Origin: a virus
DNA: 14,230 bases
IMG/VR virus record: IMGVR_UViG_3300045988_045788
Reading direction: 5' to 3' (one strand)
In this document: piece after piece, positions 7,694 to 13,662 of the stretch
Position numbering within the stretch: the stretch's first letter is position 1
How the letters are laid out: each line of letters begins with the position of its first letter
The notes under the pieces: model-generated
Databases searched by the model: none
The model's input: the letters and a program-made list of their open reading frames with translations, nothing else
Told to the model about the DNA's origin: nothing
Translations under genes and position numbers: made by a program

Positions 7694-7917
7694 GTGTCAA
7701 ATTCCTCCTTTAAATAAACATTACCGTTAATATCAACCGTAAGTGTTTTTATAGTTCTAATATTACCGTCTTTATCAAGGTAATAAATAGGACTGTAAAT
7801 ATCTACTTTATTAATATGAGCATTATCACATAGATTATCTAAGCAACAATATAAATTATATACAGTGCTTAATTTTTCACGTGAATCTAAACATTCCATA
7901 AATTTTAGACCTTTCAT
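7690..7917 (-). CDS. Hypothetical protein (75 aa, or 69 aa if it starts at the ATG at 7899)
   Basis: Its stop overlaps the scaffold start as ATGA (7690-7693), which suggests translational coupling. There is no convincing SD before 7917, and only a weak AAAGG before the ATG at 7899. I recognised no family motif. Confidence 0.5.
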   Translation of the reverse strand: MKGLKFMECLDSREKLSTVYNLYCCLDNLCDNAHINKVDIYSPIYYLDKDGNIRTIKTLTVDINGNVYLKEEFDT

Positions 7918-8380
7918 ACTCTAGGGTACAAATTTTATCTTTCTGATTACCGCCGATTGCAAAAACAGTTTTAGAACCTGCCTTATTATCTAAGTAAGCG
8001 ACCGACACGTGTTTCGAACTGGTTTCAACCATTTTACTACCAGCCCACAAGAAAAATAAAATATCATCTTTTTTAATGTCGATTGTTTTAAGCTGTTCTG
8101 CATTGTAAAAAGTCCCTTTGTTAGAATTTCTAAGTTTTACCATTAATGTATAAACATTATCGGATTTTACATCGGCTAAACCAAGCTTATTAATGATATA
8201 TGATACCGTAGTAGCGCACCAACTATCCTTAACATAAGAACCGTAGTACCATTTCTGGATGGCTCCTACTTTAGAATCCCATTCAAGAGCTGGTTTCATT
8301 TTTTCCAATTCATCTGCAATAGATTTTTTAGCAAATGTTTCACGTGGAACATATTCAACTCCATCAATCGTTACTTTCAT
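7877..8380 (-). CDS. Endolysin, NlpC/P60- or CHAP-like cysteine peptidase (TIGR02594-like)
   Basis: 167 aa. The candidate catalytic Cys lies in DSWCATTVSY and the candidate His in SKHVSVAYL, followed by AIGGNQKDKI. This Cys...His...GGNQ layout is characteristic of that small phage cell-wall hydrolase family. The gene lies directly downstream of the holin and overlaps it by 17 nt. AGGAG lies 10 nt upstream of the ATG at 8380. Confidence 0.65.
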   Translation of the reverse strand: MKVTIDGVEYVPRETFAKKSIADELEKMKPALEWDSKVGAIQKWYYGSYVKDSWCATTVSYIINKLGLADVKSDNVYTLMVKLRNSNKGTFYNAEQLKTIDIKKDDILFFLWAGSKMVETSSKHVSVAYLDNKAGSKTVFAIGGNQKDKICTLEYERSKIYGMFRFT

Positions 8381-8573
8381 TCTCTTTCATCTCCTTTAGC
8401 ATAAGAGATAATTCATTCAACGCCTGTGTATTGTTATTAATTGCCGCTGTAAACAGCTTTGATTCTTCCTTATGGCTGTTCATCTCCCTGTACCATAAGA
8501 AAAATAATGCAATACACAACGCTACAGGAACTCCTGTGTTACTGATAAAGTCACTAATAGCCGCTAAATCCAT
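8364..8573 (-). CDS. Holin, BhlA/UviB-like (single N-terminal transmembrane helix plus a charged coiled C-terminus)
   Basis: 69 aa. A hydrophobic helix (GVPVALCIALFFLWY) is followed by REMNSHKEESKLF...NELSLMLKEMKE, matching the BhlA/UviB family pattern. AGGAGG lies 5 nt upstream of the ATG at 8573. The gene precedes the endolysin. Confidence 0.65.
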   Translation of the reverse strand: MDLAAISDFISNTGVPVALCIALFFLWYREMNSHKEESKLFTAAINNNTQALNELSLMLKEMKENESND

Positions 8574-8602
8574 TGAACCCTCCTATTCTACACCCTTATA
8601 AT

Positions 8603-8678
8603 AGGGAGATACTCCGGCGCGTCCCCGCGCGACGGACACCTTCCGGGTGTTGGATATTCCGCCGTTTCGTATATCTCC
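8603..8678 (-). ncRNA. GC-rich 76-nt multi-helix RNA element of unknown class (candidate pRNA-like packaging RNA, other small RNA, or structured 5' leader of the late/lysis transcript)
   Basis: The minus-strand RNA is GGGAGAUAUACGAAACGGCGGAAUAUCCAACACCCGGAAGGUGUCCGUCGCGCGGGGACGCGCCGGAGUAUCUCCC, with 48/76 G+C in a genome of roughly 30-35% GC. An 8-bp closing helix pairs 8671-8678 with 8603-8610. Internal hairpins are ACACC/GGUGU (8645-8649 with 8635-8639) and GCGCG/CGCGC with a GGGA loop (8625-8629 with 8616-8620). There is also a small GGA/UCC hairpin and a CGG/CCG bridging helix. A promoter lies directly upstream. No ORF covers the element. Confidence 0.5.
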
Positions 8679-8687
8679 CTGTGATTC

Positions 8688-8717
8688 TATGATACTACTT
8701 TCAGAATATTTTGTCAA
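8688..8717 (-). promoter_or_regulatory. Sigma-A/sigma-70-type promoter: TTGACA, 18-nt spacer, TATCAT
   Basis: On the minus strand the -35 TTGACA is at 8717-8712 and the -10 TATCAT is at 8693-8688. The -35 begins 6 nt after the ATPase stop codon. The predicted transcription start near 8681 is only about 3 nt upstream of the first G of the closing helix of the structured element. Confidence 0.6.
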
Positions 8718-8723
8718 GTCTGA

Positions 8724-9767
8724 TTATTCAAAATATTTTGTTAACAGCACCTCACATAAATATTCTTCGAAATCGATTTTGTTCCTAAGATACGCTAGCC
8801 ACACATACGCAAAATCACGTTTAAATCTAATTAACGATATTTCGCTTGGTTTATATTCCGGGCAAGTGCCCGCTGTATGTGTACTGGCATAGTAACGACC
8901 GTTAGACTTGTGTTTGTAAATAGTGAGTTCCCCAACATGGACGATTGGACGATATTCCTTTAACGATTTAGGCTTGGCTTGAAAATACTGCGAATCCAAA
9001 AACACATTGCCTAATGCCATTTTGTTATATTCATCATTACCACCGACTTTGTACAGTGCTGTATTCTTTTTCATTTCCGCGATGGGGGAGGACTGCGGAA
9101 TAATTAAACAAATACCTCTATCTTTATTAATATAATATTCTTGCTTGTTCTCAATCATTTTCATAGCTTTTGAAATAAGTCCGAACTCCATAAACATAGG
9201 ATTCGCCATTCTATCACTATTAGCACAGCAAACCATCTGAAAAGATTTTTCCCCTTTTAGTTCTCTATTTCGGTTGATAGTTTCAAATGCGTTTCTAAAA
9301 GCGAACCCCTCTTCCTTAATTTTTACATCGTGCGGCTCTGGGATAAACTCATCATATAAACCGATTCGATAACCTTGTCCAGAAAATCCCCTCAGGTTTT
9401 TAATGGTTGATAGCGCCATACACAATGCTAAAACTCCGCCATCTTTGCAAAGTTTGCCGTTCTCATTCGTGTACGATTCATTAATAGTATATGACGAAGT
9501 TTTCTTAATTGGAAAAAAATTATAGCTTTTATTAAAATCCGAATTAATAGGAATGAGTGGATTATATTCTTCAGTACAGCAAGCATCTAACTGTGTTTGT
9601 AATCGTCTCATATAAATAAATGGTTGTGGGTTGTCAATTAACAAATCTTTTAATGTGCCGTATGTCTTGCCGCTACCACGGGTATCTACTACAAAGGTAA
9701 AAGGTAAACCCCATGATATAATTCTAGGCATATCAACCCAACCATCTTTGTTGTATATATTTAGCAT
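8724..9767 (-). CDS. DNA encapsidation (packaging) ATPase, phi29 gp16-like; start uncertain because the ORF stays open up to a TTG at 9887
   Basis: The Walker A motif is VVDTRGSGKTYG and the Walker B motif is IGLYDEFIPE. PFIYMRRLQ resembles gp16 QFIYVRRYK. Starting at the ATG at 9767 puts the Walker A Lys at residue 34, against residue 30 in gp16 as I recall it. None of the candidate starts (9887 TTG, 9854/9851 ATG, 9767 ATG) has a normally spaced SD. Confidence 0.85.
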   Translation of the reverse strand: MLNIYNKDGWVDMPRIISWGLPFTFVVDTRGSGKTYGTLKDLLIDNPQPFIYMRRLQTQLDACCTEEYNPLIPINSDFNKSYNFFPIKKTSSYTINESYTNENGKLCKDGGVLALCMALSTIKNLRGFSGQGYRIGLYDEFIPEPHDVKIKEEGFAFRNAFETINRNRELKGEKSFQMVCCANSDRMANPMFMEFGLISKAMKMIENKQEYYINKDRGICLIIPQSSPIAEMKKNTALYKVGGNDEYNKMALGNVFLDSQYFQAKPKSLKEYRPIVHVGELTIYKHKSNGRYYASTHTAGTCPEYKPSEISLIRFKRDFAYVWLAYLRNKIDFEEYLCEVLLTKYFE

Positions 9768-9795
9768 AATAAAATAAGCGGGGCTACTGCCCCGC
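9768..9795 (-). terminator. Intrinsic terminator-like or attenuator hairpin: 7-bp all-GC stem plus a U-rich tract
   Basis: The minus-strand RNA is GCGGGGC-AGUA-GCCCCGC (9795-9778) followed by UUAUUUUAUU (9777-9768). It lies 25 nt downstream of the stop of the 64-aa ORF and immediately before the ATG at 9767. Confidence 0.55.
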
Positions 9796-9819
9796 CATTC
9801 CTCCTTTCTAATAGGATAA

Positions 9820-10014
9820 TTATTTTTTAACTCGCGCTTTCTGCTCCTCATCATAATTGATTCTCGCTGTTTCGAGTTCCTTGTCAATTCTTCTAATTAA
9901 AAGATAATTGGCTCTTAAATCCTCTACAGGCTCACCTGCCGTCATAGCATCCATATAAGCGGTGTAAACTTCATTTTTGATTGCATTATATACTTTTTCT
10001 TCAAATTTATACAT
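9820..10014 (-). CDS. Hypothetical protein (64 aa), co-transcribed with the SSB-like gene
   Basis: AGGAGG lies 8 nt upstream of the ATG at 10014. The composition is helical and charged. I recognised no family motif. Confidence 0.6.
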   Translation of the reverse strand: MYKFEEKVYNAIKNEVYTAYMDAMTAGEPVEDLRANYLLIRRIDKELETARINYDEEQKARVKK

Positions 10015-10026
10015 TCTTAATTCCTC

Positions 10027-10359
10027 CTAATCTACTAATACAATATTTAAAAATTCACGTCCTGCTTTTGTTACCCCTTTGATAACCTTGATGATATTAA
10101 TTTCTCCAAAATCATCTAATAAGGTAATAAGTTCTTTTCTAACCACTCCGCTGTTAGTTGTGTAAACAACTCCGCTTTTATCCTCAAAAGATACCAGTTT
10201 TACCTCTTTTCCGTCTTTATCTGTACTAGTGTAGATGATAAAGTTTTCAAGTTCGATAATCTGGTCTACCGCTTCTTTAAGCGGTTTGGCTTCGGGGGAA
10301 CGTGTCAGTTTGTAGAGTTCCATTTTACTAAGTTCTTTGTTTGTTCTTTCGATTGTCAT
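10027..10359 (-). CDS. Putative single-stranded DNA-binding protein (phi29 p5-like)
   Basis: 110 aa. The C-terminal half (LVSFEDKSGVVYTTNSGVVRKELITLLDDFGEINIIKVIKGVTKAGREFLNIVL) has the same pattern as my recollection of the phi29 p5 C-terminus (TIFAADGSLYSAISKTV...DLIDLV...FKVKVVQGTSSKGNVFFSLQL). The gene lies in the replication module. It is driven by a perfect consensus promoter, with AGGAGG 7 nt upstream of the ATG at 10359. Confidence 0.45.
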   Translation of the reverse strand: MTIERTNKELSKMELYKLTRSPEAKPLKEAVDQIIELENFIIYTSTDKDGKEVKLVSFEDKSGVVYTTNSGVVRKELITLLDDFGEINIIKVIKGVTKAGREFLNIVLVD

Positions 10360-10402
10360 TTTTATACCTCCTGAAATAATTCTGGTTTCTATTACATTAT
10401 TT

Positions 10403-10431
10403 ATTATAAACCATTACATTTATAATGTCAA
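10403..10431 (-). promoter_or_regulatory. Perfect consensus sigma-A/sigma-70 promoter: TTGACA, 17-nt spacer, TATAAT
   Basis: On the minus strand the -35 TTGACA is at 10431-10426 and the -10 TATAAT is at 10408-10403, with an exactly 17-nt spacer. It begins 5 nt after the DNA polymerase stop codon (10437-10439) and lies about 36 nt upstream of the SSB-like start. Confidence 0.7.
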
Positions 10432-10436
10432 TAGAT

Positions 10437-12494
10437 TTATGATAAATTAGCAAGTAAATTTTTATATTCATCTGTCAAACTCATGTTATACGTTGTCGGT
10501 CTTAAGGTAACGTTAGAGGTTATTTCTATATCATGATTTTCAATTCGAATTTGTTTTGTAATCGGATTGTCACTATACACCGTTTCCAATCTGCCCGCAT
10601 CTCTAAAAATGAATCCGTCACGAAAGGCAGTAATACCGCCATGTGCATCAATTTCCGCGCCACCCTTTTTCTTTTGTACGCCCGAAACTGTAATATGTGT
10701 TTGCGATTTTCCATTTTCTGTATAAGCATATCGTTTCGCTCCTAGTGTTATAAAATTGTCATAATAGCCGTCATTTTCGTAAATTTCCATAAAATGTGTT
10801 ACACCAAATTTATCCGTGGCGTAAGCACCTGATTCTGTTGACTGTTTCATTTTACGATTATTATATTCTGTAAAGTCTACGTCAGTTATAAATTTATTAC
10901 TATCCGTATCGCCATAAACCCAAGCATCTGGATTTAACCATATTCCCTCGTGCAATTCATAACGCGCGTTTGCGGTAGTCCAGACACCCCATTGATAAGG
11001 TAAAAATGCCTTTTCATTGTAAGAATCTAAAAGTTTGTTTTCAGCTTCTTCGCGTTCTACAAACCCGGTGCCGTAAATATAATCTATTGACTGCTTTACA
11101 GGGTCTTGTGCTGACATACCGTAAATACTATTCAACAAGTTTTTGTTTTTGTTATAATAAATTTCTTGTCCCTCCACATTTTTTAGTTCCGTTTTATTTT
11201 TATAGTACATTTTATTTAATTCGATAAGCGGCTTCGGAAGTTTACCGTATTTTGATATATACACATCATAAAAATCTATTTCGTCAAAATCATACTCACG
11301 AATTAAAATTTTAAAATCAACGTCGGTTAAAGTTGTTTCTGTATAATCAGCATATAAAATTCGTCCGTTATCATAAACACCATTTTGCGTAGCTCTGCAT
11401 TTCGAACGCGATAAATAAGGGTCGGGAAATCCATCTTTAATTCTTACATTATATAGCGTACAATGAAAAACTATTGCACGATTATTTTGTAAGTATTTAT
11501 AAAATTCTTTCGGTTCAATTTCTCCCTTAAATTTAAACGGTTCGACTGGATATAGACCGTTACACTGAACGCCGGGATAGCTGCTAGAACGATCCTTGCT
11601 AAACACGCCTTGTAAAAGTTTACCAGCAAAAAATCTGCTTGCGTGTGTATCCCCGCCCCGAAATGCCTCACGAAGAAGCTTATATACTTCATAATTTGGC
11701 ATAAGCGATTTAAGCCATGTTTTATTTACACTTCGCATTGCCTGTTTAGCATCACGCCTAACATAGCCTGTAGAAGTTAATGGTATAGTGTATAAAGTAT
11801 CCATATCACGTTTTAATTCGGCTTCGATAATTTCTACTGTTGCTAATACATCATTTATACAATAATGTACTTCATATTCGGTTAAAGGTGTCCACGGAAA
11901 ACGCAATTTGTTATAATCAAATAATTCCCCGGACAGTTTACCATGTTCCACATTAAATTTATTACAAGCCACGGCAAGACTCATGTTTGTTTGTAAATAA
12001 GCATCTCTAAATTCTAGTTTTTCATCAAACATAGTACATTTTAATATTTTACGCGACTTTACAGCAAACACCTCTTCGGGCTGAAAATGATATATTCCAG
12101 ATAAAAATTGAAATTCATATGATAAATTCCAAACGTAAATTACTACTGTTTCTTCGCTTTCAAGCTGACTTGTAATATATTTGCACATGGAAAGAAATTC
12201 GTCCCAAGTTCTACCTGTTATAACTGCATAAGTACCCACTGCGAACTGCCAGTGATACATTATTGTTGCTTCTTCTTTTTTAGCTATTAATTCCCCCGTT
12301 TCTTTATTTTTTTCATATTTTTCTATTGGCATAAATTGAGTAATTCGAGTAGTTTCTATATCAAACGCTGTTATAACATTTTTATATTTCCGCAATTTCT
12401 TTTTTGTTCTGTTATTACCGCGAGGGCGATTTAACAGAGTGATATTTTTAATTATATTCGGCTTAATATTATTCATATTATACAACTTATACAA
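10437..12494 (-). CDS. Protein-primed family-B DNA polymerase (pPolB)
   Basis: 685 aa. Exo I is FDIETT, Exo II is WNLSYEFQF, and Exo III is YCINDVLAT. Motif A is DRSSSYPG (Dx2SLYP type), motif B is KNLLNSIYG (Kx3NSxYG), motif C is YGDTDS, and KxY is AKRYAY. The track start is a TTG at 12494, with GGAG 9 nt upstream. The alternative ATG at 12476 has no SD. Confidence 0.95.
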   Translation of the reverse strand: MYKLYNMNNIKPNIIKNITLLNRPRGNNRTKKKLRKYKNVITAFDIETTRITQFMPIEKYEKNKETGELIAKKEEATIMYHWQFAVGTYAVITGRTWDEFLSMCKYITSQLESEETVVIYVWNLSYEFQFLSGIYHFQPEEVFAVKSRKILKCTMFDEKLEFRDAYLQTNMSLAVACNKFNVEHGKLSGELFDYNKLRFPWTPLTEYEVHYCINDVLATVEIIEAELKRDMDTLYTIPLTSTGYVRRDAKQAMRSVNKTWLKSLMPNYEVYKLLREAFRGGDTHASRFFAGKLLQGVFSKDRSSSYPGVQCNGLYPVEPFKFKGEIEPKEFYKYLQNNRAIVFHCTLYNVRIKDGFPDPYLSRSKCRATQNGVYDNGRILYADYTETTLTDVDFKILIREYDFDEIDFYDVYISKYGKLPKPLIELNKMYYKNKTELKNVEGQEIYYNKNKNLLNSIYGMSAQDPVKQSIDYIYGTGFVEREEAENKLLDSYNEKAFLPYQWGVWTTANARYELHEGIWLNPDAWVYGDTDSNKFITDVDFTEYNNRKMKQSTESGAYATDKFGVTHFMEIYENDGYYDNFITLGAKRYAYTENGKSQTHITVSGVQKKKGGAEIDAHGGITAFRDGFIFRDAGRLETVYSDNPITKQIRIENHDIEITSNVTLRPTTYNMSLTDEYKNLLANLS

Positions 12495-12500
12495 CTATTC

Positions 12501-13199
12501 TCACTCCGCTTCTATGCCTAACTTCTGAATCCAGTATTTCGAACTGTCTTTTAAATTTTTAGATGGTTTTCTAGTTTTTGCTAACTGTTCTTCTTTTACA
12601 ATAAAATCATCGAAATATTGAGTTATTAAATCACTATTAATTTCTTTCTTTTCTATCTGTTCCATTAATTCCAAAACTCGCTCACTGTCATATATAGAAT
12701 CAAGTTTTTTAGTTCTTAACAAGTCCATAAACTCATAAAATTGTTTTATATTAGATTTATTAAGTAAAAACTTACCGTTTGTTATTCTCTTAAATCCGGC
12801 GTGCTCTGCGCGTTCTTCGCCGTATTTATCGGCATAAGATTCATAATAGTTTCTATAAAGCATCTGGTTAACAGAATTGATAGTTTCCTTGTCTCGTGCT
12901 CTAAGTCCTGTGAGCGTAGACGTTTCTGCGGAAAGAAAGAGTGCCACTTCCTGTAATTTACGTCTTAGCTGTCCATTAGTTGTAATATCGGAAATTTTAA
13001 CAAACGATTCTTTGCGCCGCTGTATAAATGGCTCGTTTTTATATTCTGATTTTTCAATTTGAGCCAAACGCCGCCGCGCAATTTTACGCAAGCGGCTATA
13101 TTCAGAACGTACTTCTTTTATGTCACGGTGTACTGTATAGTACGCCATATATTCAAGATATCCCCATTTTAATACACGACTATTTTTCCAAAGACTCAT
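12501..13199 (-). CDS. Putative terminal protein (primer for DNA replication)
   Basis: 232 aa, immediately upstream of the pPolB gene as in phi29 (gene 3 before gene 2). SEYSRLRKIARRRLAQIEK resembles the phi29 TP N-terminal segment AEYARLVKNTKAKIARTKKK. The protein is basic and helical. AGAGGG lies 8 nt upstream of the ATG at 13199. Confidence 0.6.
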   Translation of the reverse strand: MSLWKNSRVLKWGYLEYMAYYTVHRDIKEVRSEYSRLRKIARRRLAQIEKSEYKNEPFIQRRKESFVKISDITTNGQLRRKLQEVALFLSAETSTLTGLRARDKETINSVNQMLYRNYYESYADKYGEERAEHAGFKRITNGKFLLNKSNIKQFYEFMDLLRTKKLDSIYDSERVLELMEQIEKKEINSDLITQYFDDFIVKEEQLAKTRKPSKNLKDSSKYWIQKLGIEAE

Positions 13200-13203
13200 A
13201 TAT

Positions 13204-13443
13204 CTAACCCTCTTTACATTCTAAATCAAGTCTTTCATCCTCAGCGTTACCAATTCGCTGTCTAAGATAACGCCATTCAACCTCATTTATCTTATTATTT
13301 TCCACCAACCATGTAATGTAGAATAATTCAGAACAGTAATACGCCGCATTATTAATAATACGCTCTCGAATGTTATGGGCGTATGTTACTAACGCCCGTT
13401 TATGACCGTGATTTCTAATGATTTTATGTTTTGTTTCTCTCAT
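13204..13443 (-). CDS. Hypothetical early protein (79 aa, basic N-terminus)
   Basis: GGAGG lies 7 nt upstream of the ATG at 13443. The gene is tightly packed between neighbouring genes on the coding strand. I recognised no motif. Confidence 0.6.
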   Translation of the reverse strand: MRETKHKIIRNHGHKRALVTYAHNIRERIINNAAYYCSELFYITWLVENNKINEVEWRYLRQRIGNAEDERLDLECKEG

Positions 13444-13460
13444 TTTTATTCCTCCATATC

Positions 13461-13655
13461 TTAAACCATTCTATACAGTAATAAAATTATATCAACGCAC
13501 TTTTCACAATGCTCTTCCGACCCACTTGTAACAACTCTACCGCTATCAACTTCTCGTATAGTCATTACAGAATCGTCCCAAGTAGTTTTGTAATCTTTTT
13601 CTGTAACGTATGCCAACATTGTTAATTTATCTTTTAAAGATTCTGTCAATGTCAT
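13461..13655 (-). CDS. Hypothetical early protein (64 aa, acidic)
   Basis: AAGGAGG lies immediately upstream of the ATG at 13655, with a short spacing of 2-4 nt. The gene is on the coding strand in the early region. I recognised no motif. Confidence 0.55.
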   Translation of the reverse strand: MTLTESLKDKLTMLAYVTEKDYKTTWDDSVMTIREVDSGRVVTSGSEEHCEKCVDIILLLYRMV

Positions 13656-13662
13656 ATCCTCC

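Noticed and set aside
7512-7700. A 62-aa minus-strand ORF encoding (GSAT)n-like repeats
   Set aside because: It is an alternative reading frame of the 12-bp tandem repeat. The QVQP frame is the one with an SD (AGGAGG before 7693) and with ATGA/TAATG coupling to its neighbours.
8603-8678. tRNA interpretation of the 76-nt element (tRNA-like length and a 7-8 bp terminal helix)
   Set aside because: On neither strand can D, anticodon and T arms be placed at canonical distances. There is no GTTCRANYC-type T-loop and no conserved D-loop G residues. The internal hairpins have 4-5 nt loops rather than 7-nt loops.
8603-8678. Simple rho-independent terminator for the ATPase gene
   Set aside because: No U-tract follows the structure on the coding strand. 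A good promoter lies between the ATPase stop and the structure. The element is multi-branched rather than a single hairpin. A 5'-leader role remains possible and is listed as an alternative in the finding.
9882-9887. An additional TTGACA hexamer on the minus strand as a possible ATPase promoter
   Set aside because: No acceptable -10 hexamer lies 16-19 nt downstream; the nearest TATGAT is 26 nt away. The hexamer lies inside the 64-aa ORF.
5772-11692. Nested same-strand ORFs 5772..5996, 10526..10729 and 11471..11692
   Set aside because: Each lies out of frame and entirely inside a strongly supported gene (the tail knob or the DNA polymerase). None has an SD or a recognisable motif.
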